64,000 nucleotides of DNA from Octopus vulgaris. Its lineage: Eukaryota. The stretch is from assembly GCA_951406725.2 (NCBI GenBank), contig OX597830.1:57598001-57662000 (forward strand), written 5' to 3'. The notes beneath the pieces were generated by a model, which saw only the letters and a list, made by a program, of their open reading frames with translations, ran no database searches and had not been told where the DNA came from. Position 1 is the stretch's first letter. Every line of letters starts with the position of its first letter. Of the stretch, positions 40,123-53,391 are shown one piece after another. Both the position numbers and the translations under genes were made by a program.

Positions 40123-41655
40123 ATAACAGAGAAATTCAAGAAGGCAATAACAGAGGAATTCAAGACAGGTTGCCCCTGGGAGTTCCTCTATACTGATGGC
40201 CTGGCCCTAATAGCAGAATCCCTACTGGAACTAAAAAAGAAATTCCGGATGTGAAAGCAAGGTTTAGAATCAAAAGGCCTTAGAGTCAAAGTAGCAAAGA
40301 CCAAAGTTCTAGTAAGTAGGATGGCAAACTTATCTTATCACATACCCCCTCGGGTAGGTGACCCTGCTCGATCTGTAGAAAAGGTCTAAGTAGAAACTCC
40401 ATAAGATGTACCCAGTGTAAGCTATGGACACTAAGAGGTGCAGCAACATCAAAGGAAGATTAACCAAGAAGATAGCTTTCATGTGTGGCAGATGCACAGG
40501 GGCAATAAACACCATAGATGCTCAGAAAACAGATTCCATCACACTCCAGGGGAAGAAACTAGAAATAGTTGATAGCTTCAGCTACCTAGGTGACCAAGTT
40601 AGTAGTGGGGGTGGATGCTCAGAGATTGTTACCACTAGAATAAGAATAACCTGGATAAAGTTTAGAAAGCTTCAACTCCTACCGGTGACAAAGGGCCTCT
40701 TGCTAAGAGTGAAAGGTAGATTGTACGATTCATGTGTGTGAACTGCCATGCTTCACGGCAGTGAAACATGGACCATGACTGCAGAGGATATGCATAGGCT
40801 TGAAAGAAATGAAGCTAGCATGATCCGCTGGATGTGTAATGTTAGTGTGCACACACGACAGAGTGTAAGTGCCCTGAGAGAAATGTTGGACATAAGAAGC
40901 ATGAGATGTGGCGTGCAAGAGAGACGTTTGCGCTGGTATGGTCATGTACTATGGATGGGTGAGGAGAGATGTGTGAAGAAGTGCCACTCCCAAACAGTTG
41001 AAGGGATCTGGGGTAGAAGGTAGACCCAGAAAGACATGGGATGGGTCAAGCATGACCTTCAAATGTTGGGCCTCACAGAGGCAATGACGAAAGACTGAGA
41101 CTTCTGGAGATATGCTGTGACTGCGAAGACCTGACAAACAAAGTGAGTTCAAGGCTGTATCCTACACCAGTTTTGCATAACCAGCCCCAGCCCATTCAAA
41201 AGTACCTTGGATCATATGACTACCTGTTGTGCTTACCTTGGATTGTAGGGTGACCTGCTGTGCTTGAGGAGACCTATTGAGTCAAGTACATCAACATCAA
41301 AATGAAAATCGAATGGAAATTGTAGCTGTGATAGCCGTGCTGGTGACATGTAAAAAGCACCATCCGAACATGGCCTGTGCCAGCACTGCCTTGACTGGCT
41401 TTTTACGTGCCAGTGGCAAGTAAAAAGCACCAACTGATCATGGCCATTGCCAGTCTCCCCTGGCCCCTGTGCCAGTGGAATGTAAAAAGCATCCACTACA
41501 CTCACAGAGTGGTTGGTGTTAGGAATGGCATCCAGCTGTAGAAACACTGCCAGATCAGACTGGAGCCTGGTTCAGCCTCCTGGCTTCCCAGACTCCGACC
41601 GAACTGTCCAACCCATGCTAGCATGGAAAACGGACGTTAAACGTTGATGATGATG

Positions 41656-41657
<2 letters not shown>
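40123..41657 (+). mobile_element. 5'-truncated RTE LINE (RT C-terminal half, 3' UTR, (GAT)n tail)
   Basis: GCPWEFLYTDGLAL, FSYLGDQV, LHGSETW, RRLRWYGHV motifs; several stops and frameshifts. Confidence 0.92.
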
Positions 41658-41695
<38 letters not shown>

Positions 41696-41861
41696 GAGTT
41701 TCTGTCTGTTTGTCCCACAAAACATAAGTGAGGCACCATCTCATTTTATAAGGGTGGGTGTTTTTGTCTAATTTCACACTTTAACTATGGTGATGATAAT
41801 GATGATGATGGTGTGACCAGAACTAAAGTGCCAACATTTTCAAAGAATTGATACCTTTCAA

Positions 41862-41892
<31 letters not shown>

Positions 41893-42020
41893 TTCTATTT
41901 GGCCAGATATTATCCTGTGGTGAGAATGGTCAGTGTTCAAGACAATGACAACCACCACACCATATATATTTATTCATTTATTTATTCAAGGATGATCTGT
42001 TCTGCACACTTTAACACAGT

Positions 42021-42075
<55 letters not shown>

Positions 42076-42327
42076 ACTGCCACAAGTAAAAATAAAAAAA
42101 CATTCTAGGGTCAATACTTCTAATTAAAAATTCCTCAAGGCAGTGCCCCAGCATAGCCACAATCTAATGACTGAAACAAGTAAAAGGCGAAAAGAAAGAA
42201 AAGATAAAAGAAAATTATTATAAGAGTGTTTTGTCCATGTTCACCTGCAGAGCAGAACTCTGAAGAAAGTGGCCATTAGTAAGAAAGAAAAAACTTTTTA
42301 TCTGTCTCGCTTTCTCTCTCTAAAACA

Positions 42328-42359
<32 letters not shown>

Positions 42360-42415
42360 GTATAGTCGTTCATGTTTCAGATATTTTACTAACTTCTCTG
42401 TTCAGATATAAATAT

Positions 42416-43500
<1,085 letters not shown>

Positions 43501-44277
43501 AATACAAATTTCTTTCACATAAGCAGAACCAATCAGACAGTGAAGCCATACGCACACAGACACAAATTCAGTGAAACAAAAAACGGCACACTAACAGAAA
43601 GACATCCACACAATGCCTTGCCCTGCATTCCTATAAAATAGTGCCAGAATTTCAGCAAATACACTGACACCATTCAGCTTTTGTAAATTCATTTCAATAT
43701 TACTTATTCATATTCACACATCATTTGTACTTTCATTTCACTACAACTTACTGATATTCCTTATTAAAAACATTTCTCATTCCCTTAATTTTGCTTGCAT
43801 TACTGTAACATAGCGTCCAAATTTCATTTCACTATTACTGATATTATCAAAAAATGTCTCATAAAAAAAAAGACCGTCTCAAAATGAACACCAAACAAAT
43901 GCACGATATGCAGCAGAAGACGAGACGTGCACGGCTTGCAGATCAGCGACAGAGTAAGTTCGATGTGCATCCAACGAAATGCATGACTTGCAGATAGCAA
44001 ACAAAGAATGGCAGTTTGGTGAGCAACAGAAAACAAAGACTAAAGACATGCACAACTTGCAACTGAGCATCTTCCAAAAGCATCACATCATAAGCAAGAA
44101 ACTGCAAACAGACTTGCAGATAGCCAACAAAGAATGATATTGATCTCTCTGCTTCAAATATTACTTAGTTTTCTCTTCTAAAAATGCACACATACAGGAG
44201 GGGTAGATTATAATACACTCAATGTGGCTCCAGATATACTGTAAAAGTAAATACCCAATCAACAATGGGTTTTACTG

Positions 44278-44317
<40 letters not shown>

Positions 44318-44324
44318 ATCATAC

Positions 44325-44678
44325 GTGCAGGAGTGGCTGTGTGGTAAGTAGCTTGCTTACCAACCCCATGGTTCTGTGTTCAGTCCCACTGCATGGCACG
44401 TTGAACAAGTGTCTTGTATTATAGCCTTGGGCCGACCAAAGCCTTGTGAGTGGATTTGCAGATGGAAACTGAAAGAACCACATCGTATGTGTGTGTGTGT
44501 CCAACATCGCTTGACAACCAATGCTAGTGTGTTTATGTCCCTGTAACTTAGCAGTTTGGCAAAAGAGACCGATAGGATAAGTACCAGGTTTACAAAGACT
44601 AAGTCCTCCGGTCGGGTTGATTTGCTTAACTAAATGCAGTGCTCCAGCATGGCCACAATCAAATGACAAGAATAAAAG
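44325..44678 (+). mobile_element. tRNA-derived SINE family 1, near full length
   Basis: A box TGGCTGTGTGG, B box GTTCAGTCCC, body and ...caagaataaaag tail. Confidence 0.9.
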
Positions 44679-44687
44679 GAATATATA

Positions 44688-44852
44688 TGACAGGCTTCTA
44701 CACAGTTTCTGTCTACAAAACCAAACTCACTCAAAAGGCATTATTCAGCATAGGTTTATAGCAGCAGAAACCTGCCCCAAAAGAGCCACATAGAGGGACT
44801 GAACTCAAAACCAAGTGGTTGTAAAGTGAGCTGCTTCTTAATCACATGGCCT
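44688..44852 (-). mobile_element. Family-1 SINE head fragment, inverted relative to 44325-44678
   Basis: gacaggcttct...gggactgaactc...cttcttaatcacatggcc. Confidence 0.7.
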
Positions 44853-45604
44853 AAGAAATGTTCTGAATCAGTAAAATGTATTTCTAGAGAGATTTCAGAA
44901 AAATTCTGAATCCCATTTATCACTGAATCCAGTGAATAAACCGTATTGTTTATGTGGTTTCTTAAAACATTGCCGTATGTGGTTGGACCAGATGACCTCA
45001 GAGACTCGTCAATGAAGCTGTATGTTGAATCATTAGTCAGCAGCTTTTCATCAGCAATTACTCTATATATAGTAGCAAAAGATATAATCACTGACTTTAA
45101 ATCTCCATATAACATTATTCATCACTTGATGAGCAGCTACAAAAATCTTTTGAAATTTTCGAAATTAATTTTATGTCTTCATTATCCTAATAAGGTACAC
45201 TGAATATAATTGTGTATATTAAGAGCATGACACAAATTAGAATTTAATATACTGAAGCTTCTACATAGTTCAGACAACATATTCTAAGTACAATTTATCA
45301 AGTAATAGAGTGAGAAGTTTATACATGGCCTGATGTGTGTACAGGCACAAATTTCCTTAACAGAAATTTAATACAGTAAGTTCCAACCCCAAAAAAGTTA
45401 AATAGAAGTCATAGCAAGACTGAGAAGCAGTTTATACTAACTTAACCTCCAAGATCTATTCACAATAAAACTAATGATCTCTAAGAATCTAAAATTGAGA
45501 ATGTTATACTTGAAGGGTACTTATTTAACAACCAGAGAAGGAATAATAAGTAAAAGAAATCAACCTCAGCATGACTTAAATCTGTCCTTAAAACGATGTA
45601 ACTA

Positions 45605-45881
45605 CAGGGGTGAGTCAAAAAGTAATGCCATTTTGTTTAGGACAGGTAAAATTACCAACACAGGAACATGTATCATACATCAAAATGAAGCTGGTCCTCT
45701 GCGGATCACATCCCTACTTCTCAACACAGTTATCGTTTCTCTCAATAGCAATGTTCCATCTTCGAATGAGAGCATTTATCCCTGCTCTGTAAAATTCTGT
45801 TGACTGTTCTTTGAGCCAAACAGTGTTGAGAAGTAGGGATGTGATCCACAGGGGACCAGCTTCATTTTGATGTATGATACA
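45605..45881 (-). mobile_element. Mariner 3' end with a local inversion
   Basis: TA|CAGGGGTGAGTCAAAAAGTAATG terminus; minus strand WLKEQSTEFYRAGINALIRRWNIAIERNDNCVEK*; 59-bp inverted repeat. Confidence 0.8.
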
Positions 45882-46619
45882 ACAGGTATAAGATGATTCT
45901 TATACCTGCTTCATATGCATAATGCCATTCTAAATTTGAGTTCCATTATTTATCTTTGCCTCAAAAGGCAATTTAGATTCAAATTATCAAACCTTGTGAA
46001 ATCTATTAGCATCTACCTAGAGACCAACTGTCTACATCTTCAAATTTTTATTTACCTTTGCTATTCATTAAGAGTAGTTGGTTCTGCTGAATAATTTTGC
46101 AGGTGAAACATTTTTCAGCATTTTGTTGTTTTTTTTTGCATTAATAGTTTATTTCGTTTGACACATGCACACACACACACATACATAGCTGTGAGGTAAA
46201 GAAAATTTCTTTGCAACCACATTGCTTGGTTCAATGTCACATTGTAGTATCCTGAAGTGTCCTGTACAAAAGCCTTGGGTTGGTCAAAGCCTTGCAAGTG
46301 AACTTCAGTAATACAAAACTGTATGGAAGCCCATCACACATATATGCATGCGTGCATACATATCTTCACATTGACACCACTTGAGCAAGTTACATTGATG
46401 AGCCTGCAGCAGCTTGACTGTTCAATGTGTGAAGGCCAGTGGAATAAAGCACCTTACTTGTTAACAAGTAATGGTTGGCATCAAGACGTGCACTAAGACA
46501 CAATGCTACCACAAAAATCTTGTCTAATCCATGTAGGCAAGGAAAAAGTGGCCATAGAAACAATGACAACACACACACACACACATGAATAGCTGTCCTA
46601 AGCAGTGACTGAGAAGAAA

Positions 46620-46829
46620 AACTCGATACCAGTTCAAATATGTTTGAGAGACATTTGAACCCACAAAAAGACTTTTCACTGCAGTTTAGCATGGAGAAGT
46701 GTTTTCACTGAAAACAAAAAAAGTATAAAAACACCCTGGTCAATGTTTCTCTTCAGTGAGAATACTTCATGATAAACTGCAGTGAAAAGTCTTTTTGTGG
46801 GTTCAAGTATCTCTCACTGATATCAAGTT
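46620..46829. repeat. Long imperfect palindrome (foldback/MITE-like)
   Basis: ttgaacccacaaaaagacttttcactgcagttta ... taaactgcagtgaaaagtctttttgtgggttcaa. Confidence 0.85.
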
Positions 46830-48242
46830 CATATATCACAGAACTTCAATATATGTATTAACAGTTTGTGACTATTTTAGCAACAAATGTGTGTGAAACT
46901 TAAAAGGCATTTTGCTCATTCATGTGCTTCAAAGCTGAGAAAACTGATCATCAGTGGATGATGATAGTGGCTTCTTTTTCCTACTTCAAGTCATCACTCA
47001 ATGAAACAGATAACCTGGCACTTGTTAGTAAATTAGAGATAGCTTTTTGTTGCAATAAGTAATTTCCTTTGTTGTCAATAAAAATTTTGGTGGAATTTAA
47101 TTCCAGTCAAAATTTATGAAATGGTATTAACAATGGTTTAAATTAGGCAAACAGAAAGCTTTGTTAGCAGTAATAGTATGACACTTCAGTTTTTCTCATT
47201 AAGTGAGTTGTAGCAATATGTGCAGCATTTTGTTAAACAATAATTCTACACTGGAAAAGAAGAAAAAAGGAACTACATTCTGGGTTATAAGTAGGCAAGT
47301 TACTTTCCTGGTCCTGAAACTTCCAGATAAAGCAAGAGAAAGTAGTTATATTGTGCAAGTTGTAAATGAAAATACAGAAACAGGCATATTGCCATAGCCA
47401 TATTCTAGGTTTAATCAATTGCAAAGCACCAAAGGCAAATGTCATCTTCTATAGACTCTCAAATCAACCCAAGTCTTGTGTTAAAACTAGGTAGGCTAAA
47501 ACTATGCAGAACACCTTCAGATAAACTGCACTAAAGAGAAGTCATAGTTTGTGACCAGGTTTAACATACCTCCCTAAGTGCTTTCCCACTGTCACAACCA
47601 TTTGCACCAGCTAACTGAGGCCAATCAATGAATCATCATTTCTTTACTAACTTGTTTTGAAGGCCTTTTTAAAATGTTGGAGCCACTACTGTTCATCTCA
47701 GGACAATGCACAAAAAAATTTATTTAAAAAAAAAAGAATAGAAGACAAATACAAGAATGCATAACATGCAATAATGTATAATTTGGAAGTTCCATAGAAG
47801 AGGGAGTTTTCTAAACAAATTGTAGATGTTAGAATGCTACTGAAACAACCTAGAGTGTTTGGGACAATTAGGCTTCTAGGAAAACCTAAAATATCGAAGA
47901 TTAATGGGTAAAATGAAGCAATCACAAAATTTATAAAGAACGAAGCATGTATAGAATGAAAGTAGGAATATGAAATATTGCAAATAAGATTATCTTATTA
48001 AGCAAGAACTGATAATCAGAAGAAAACTTCTGCAGATCACTGTTCAGAGATAAAATATGATGAGGAAGAGTTGCAGTTCCAAAGAAGGATTGGGAAGATG
48101 GTCCGAGAAGTGGAGAGATATTCAGGGTGAGGAGAGGAAAGATGCATCAAGTGGGTTTGGAAAGTTCAAATGAGTTGAGATTTTTGTAGAAAAGAAGGAA
48201 AAGATAAACTAAATGAGCTTCTGGCTGGAGTACATTAGTAGC

Positions 48243-48424
48243 TTAACTCTTTAGTATTCAAACATGCCATATCCCACCAAAATATTCTGTTTTATGTTCA
48301 AACTGGGTAGATCTGGCCTCTTAAACATCACATCAATGAAATCTCAAAGCTAAGCAATAAGGCATGATTAATAGAAAACAATGTGAATAAACATTTGACA
48401 GTCATCTGAATGCTAAAGGATTAA
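48243..48424. mobile_element. piggyBac-type MITE, family B
   Basis: TTAA|CTCTTTAGTATTCA ... TGAATGCTAAAGGA|TTAA. Confidence 0.75.
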
Positions 48425-48761
48425 GTTTTGCCTCACAGACAGATCCCTCCCTACCATTTTTATGCAGTTCTAAATACATGTGAATCAAATGCATACTTAA
48501 ATGTAAGTGTCAGCAGCTGGAAGGAAGCTCAGTCTTTAGGACATGGCCATAATACTGTTATGGGTGAAAAATATAAGGCCTGGCATAACAATTTTAAAAC
48601 TTTGATATATTCAAAAAGTTATATTTAATTGATAAATTTATAGTTTTATAAATTTAGGCACAAAGCCAACTTTACGAGGACAGAAATAAAATAAAATTGA
48701 TTCCGTATTGTACATATTTTATCAATTTTAGGAAAATAAAAAACTATATTCTATATATGTA

Positions 48762-48910
48762 GGCGCGGGCATGGCTGTGTGGTTAGGGAGCTTGCTTCCT
48801 AACTACATGGTTTCGGGTTCAGTCCCACTGCGTGGCACTTTGGGTAGGTGTCTTCCACTATAGCCCTGAGCCAACCGGAGCTTTGTGATTGAATTCGGTA
48901 GGTGGAAGTT
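48762..48910 (+). mobile_element. Family-1 SINE head (CpG-rich)
   Basis: ggcgcgggcatggctgtgtggtt...gggttcagtcccactgcgtggcac. Confidence 0.88.
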
Positions 48911-49440
48911 ACTGCCGTGTGTGTATGTGTGCGTATAGCTGCTCAGTGCCTCTCCGAAAGAGAGAGAGGATTACCTATAATAGATAAACAGTTGTAGATA
49001 TAATTCACTCTTGCTCAGCATCAAAACTTTGGCCAAACTAATTAAGACAGGAAATTATGACTACATAAAAAGTAAAGATTTCATCACAAGCAAACTACAT
49101 TTATTTGACCAAATGTAAATGGCTGGAAATCTTAGCACAACTTCTTCGTTAAAAGTAGAAAAATAGATGATGTAAAACACCTATTTACATTTACTAAAAA
49201 TAGAGATATAATGTAAATTATACACCAATCTTTTAATGATTACAAAATCTTGTGAATTTCTGAAACCACTTCTTCCAATCTAGCCTTCTCTATAAGCAAA
49301 CTTTTAAAACATCTTTTGCTATAATCTTACTAGAATTCTGGACAATACTTAAATTATTTGTAAAATAGCAGCTATGAATCACAATCTTTCAACTTGAGGG
49401 TACATCAGGAAAAAAAAAACAACAAAAAGCACTGCCAAAG

Positions 49441-49971
49441 ATTGTTTGCCAACATAACATGGCAGTCTTGGTTTAGGATGAATGTTTTTGTAATTTAGCC
49501 CCAGGAGACCGTCTCCAGCTGGCTATACGACACGATCTGTGCCCTAAACCAGGACTGCCACGTTCTGTTGGCAAATAATCTTTACTACAAAGTACTGTTG
49601 CTGAATATCTCACGTGGTGAGATTTAAAAATAGTAATTTTCTAATTTATAGATCAGTGACTTAGTTGTCACTTTGAAAACTATATATTTTGAACAAGAAT
49701 TTGGCAGCGCCACCTCTAGCCGAACAATTATTCTGTGCTGATGAAGGGAAATAACCTGGAAATCGCAATACACAGGTATTGTTTTGAGCTGAGTGGAGGG
49801 TGCTAGGTTCCCTTGTTCGAAAATATAAGGACACAGATTGTGTCATATAGCCAGCTGGAGACAATGTCCTAAACCAGGACTGCCATGTTATGTTGGCAAA
49901 CAATCCTTACTACAAAGTATAGTTGCTGAATTTCTCACGTTGTGAGATTTAAAAATAGTAATTTTCTCAGA
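49441..49971 (+). mobile_element. Non-coding Penelope-like/retrozyme-like element with terminal redundancy and a 5' inverted piece
   Basis: ~100-bp direct repeats at 49543 and 49868; 49438-49541 is an inverted partial copy; flanking 10-bp repeat actgccaaag (49431-49440, 49972-49981). Confidence 0.65.
49733..49775 (+). ncRNA. Candidate minimal type I hammerhead ribozyme
   Basis: CTGTG-CTGATGA-AGG-GAAATAA-CCT-G-GAAA-TCGCAA-TA-CACAG: stem I CTGTG/CACAG, intact CUGAUGA and GAAA boxes, NUH triplet AUA. Confidence 0.65.
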
Positions 49972-50379
49972 ACTGCCAAAGTTTTATAATTGCCGTTCCA
50001 TTCAACCTAACACTTGGCCACAAATAATCCTACCATCACACTATATTCCACACCACTTTTCAGATGTCTGGCAAAATATGATCAGAAATTAAGTGTTGTG
50101 TACGTCTTCTTTCAAATCAAGCCTAGAAAGATCTTAAATTACAAATCAATATGTTAAGTGGCTTAATTCATTTTAATCCACAGGTCAAATGCTTTGAATA
50201 TACAGCTAAGCATTCCGGACACAGTATATGTCAGTTCAGATTCAAAGCTAGTGGAAGATTCAGAGTCTTTCCCCACATCATGAAACATAATTGTCATCAT
50301 CATTTTATGTTTGTTTTTTGCCTCTGCCTGTGTAGATTCGATGGTTCCTCAGCACAGTATCCGGCCAACTTATTAGTCC

Positions 50380-50770
50380 TTGTCATCTCATCATCCTACA
50401 TTTGCAGATTCATCTGTCATTTTTCATCATCTCACCTCTTTTATCATTCACGACCACTGCTCACATTACACATCTACTGAACTATGCTCACATTACACAT
50501 CTACTGAACTATGCTCACATTACACATCTACTGAACTATGCTCACTTTCTGCCTTTACAGTCTTCCCACAGTCTCCACATTCCTTGTTCAGGTTTATTTA
50601 CTATGCAATATTGCATTTTATACACAAGCTTTATATACTTGGAAATCCTTTTATTATCAAAAGGGGGTAACAAAAGCATGCTGAACCTTTCCCAACCTGT
50701 CCTGACTGGCTACTACGCTTTCACAACATCCACCTACAATGCTGCTTCAGTAACCTAGGTAACAGAACCC
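50380..50770 (-). mobile_element. Degraded RTE fragment
   Basis: Similar to the reverse complement of the RTE RT C-terminal region. Confidence 0.55.
50458..50545. repeat. 27-bp minisatellite, ~3.3 copies
   Basis: tgctcacattacacatctactgaacta x3 plus tgctcac. Confidence 0.95.
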
Positions 50771-51914
50771 ATGGACCAATTGTTTTTGACAGCTTATATG
50801 GTGCCCCCCCCCGAAAAGATATCCCACAAAACCAATCTACATCCTTTAAACACAATGTCAGAGTTTGCACTATTAATAATGAGGTGATGGTTCATGAAAT
50901 GGCCAACCAAATCTCAAATGCACCTTAGAAACTATCAAAATGCAATCCAAATAGCAAACCACCTTGAAGTTCAGATCTTAAGACAAGATCAATTTTGATG
51001 ACAATGGTTTGTTGAGCAAGATTTGGTAATTATAACAGGTAACTTGAGCAAACTACATAAAATTTTCCCCAAGTCCAAGATTGATCTATTTTCCTTTGCT
51101 ATCAGCTCTCTGAAATCGATGTTTATTTCAATAGACAGGTGAATATTTTTAGATTTCAAGACCAAATTTTAGTATGAACTTAAATTATCTGATTATATAA
51201 TCTATAATTTATTACAATTGATTAAATTGATTATCTACTGAGGCACTTGCTGATGCAAAGACAAACAAATATAAACCAAAACTGTATCTTTTCTAACAAT
51301 AAGGATCAATTTTTCAATGTATTTTTAGTAATTGAGGAACTCTCCACCTTCACTGTCTCTGCAGTTTCATTGGAGAGGCTAACTTAGCACATTTTATAGA
51401 AAGGCATTTTATTATGTAAACTAATTTAAAATATTACTACTTTTACTACTACCGTCTAAAAATACATTCCATCCAATCACACACTGCCAGCATGACAATA
51501 ATCAACTGGCAACAGATTCTTCAAATTCCTGACATTTCAAATTCAACTTCAAATGGTTTTTTTTTGGGTTTTTTTATTGTTACTTGCATGTGTGTGGATA
51601 TTCATGCAATTAATATTTACAGATGTTTAACAAAGACTGAACTGTGAAAGAATTGCCTTATTTAAGATCTATAGCAGAGTACAATGTAAACAATAATGTA
51701 TTTGAAGGAGAATAACCCCAAAGGAGCATTCTGTATATTAAATACTGACATAATAGGGTTTTACACATGTGATAATACCAAGTCCAAAAACTTCAATCAA
51801 CCAAAGATTAAGTAATGAGAACACAAAAACTCTTAGGAATATTCAGAATTTAAAAACAGGAGAAATAATTCCATTAAGAATAGATTAAAATTTTGGACAA
51901 TATAGAGAGAAGCC

Positions 51915-51974
51915 AGCCAAACTGGAATGTAATATGGTCTTTAAAGCCAAACTGGAATGTAATATGGTCTTTAA
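51915..51974. repeat. 30-bp tandem duplication abutting the piggyBac element
   Basis: agccaaactggaatgtaatatggtctttaa x2. Confidence 0.95.
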
Positions 51975-53054
51975 CCCTTTCTTTACTATATTTCTGACCA
52001 AATTACACCCCTTATGTGTTTCAATTAATTTCTAACATAATCATAAATTTAGTCTGGTTTCATTAAACAACTATAACTTTTTTATTTATCGATATATTAA
52101 TCTGATTTTTGGAAGATAATTTAATGAAATATTCTCAACCAATTCTATACTATAATTTTTGTCACAAAGTGACTCTATTTGCAGGTAGATACAGGTAAAT
52201 TCCACAAAATATAAAATTATTAAAATTTTGTTCAAACATCGCTATAGAAAATATTAGCTAATATTCAATTGGGTATACAACAAAATTTTACGATAGAATT
52301 TGTTATTCTGGGTAACTTTCTGATACCCATAATAATATTTATGGCAAAATAGGCCTTAATTTCATTTAAGGTTGTGGGAAATAACAAACTATCCTTTCTT
52401 TCGTTTTGTTTACGTTTAGCGTAACGGTTCGTTTTCGCTGTAATGATTTCAAATAGTCTCATTCGAAAAAGTAAAAAGAAATAGCCTAAGGCTTTACCCT
52501 TCTGGGAAAGTCTGTGGCTTGGTCCAGTTTCTGCAGAAAAATCACCGAAAGAAACAGTTTTTAAATTTTCACTCCATTCAGGTGCCAATTCGTTTTCTTT
52601 ATCGCTATCGGAGATCTCAGATTCACTGTTTTCACTTTCGGAAAATGAAACATCAAATTCATTATCAAATACCATGTGCTTTTTTTTCAGTCATAGAGTT
52701 AGATTTATCAAGGTCTTCAGTAGAAAATCCTTCGAATTCTGACTCGCTGCTTGATATAATGAAATTCGTATCCATTTTTTGTCAGAATTACAAATTTTGA
52801 AAACACAATAGGAACAAATTTCGGAAAAAAATCTCCCAAAATTCACGGAATTAAAATTACACTTCGATTATTGTACAAAACTGTAGTTGAACTGTTTACG
52901 AAGTATAATACGTGTTTTCACGAATGGACTGAAGAGATTTGCTCTGATATTCTCATTTAAATATGAATAAGTAAATTCGGGCGGCTTTGGGCGGTTTGGT
53001 TTCATAAACCAAAATTTTTTTCGGGCGGCTTTGGGCGGTTTGGTAACGAAAGGG
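51975..53054 (-). mobile_element. Internally deleted piggyBac transposon, 1080 bp, TTAA TSD
   Basis: TTAA|CCCTTTCTTTAC ... GTAACGAAAGGG|TTAA; duplicated subterminal ttcgggcggctttgggcggtttggt. Confidence 0.9.
52265..52775 (-). pseudogene. Truncated piggyBac transposase N-terminus (no catalytic core)
   Basis: Acidic Ser-rich N-terminus, then YFFLLF...IITAKTNRYA...TTLNEIKAYFAINIIMGIRKLP; probable ATG at 52775 with a frameshift in the A run near 52685. Confidence 0.85.
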
Positions 53055-53391
53055 TTAAAGCCAACCAGTGAAAGTTGACAAATGAAACAAGCAGAAAAGA
53101 GGATTAATACAGGTAAATGTGAATGGAATGAGCAAGATGAGAAAAAAAGGGGTTTTATGCATTAGTTGTAGTGGGGAACCAAGAGAGCCTATATGATCAA
53201 TGTTTATAATACCTAGAGACAAAATAACAGAATTGGAACCATTGAAAGGCTGTAATTAGCCATCCATCTCGAGCTGTTGAAATTCAGCTTGAAATGAAAT
53301 ACAATTATTGAGTACATATAACTACGAAAGCAACTAAAAACAATTCAGTTTAAACTATATGTAACTCATAACTATCACACGCACACACATA

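Noticed and set aside
44325-44400. tRNA genes suggested by A/B boxes
   Set aside because: All are SINE heads continuing into SINE bodies, without a full cloverleaf
50458-50545. CRISPR-like repeat array
   Set aside because: The units are contiguous with no spacers, there are no cas genes, and the context is eukaryotic
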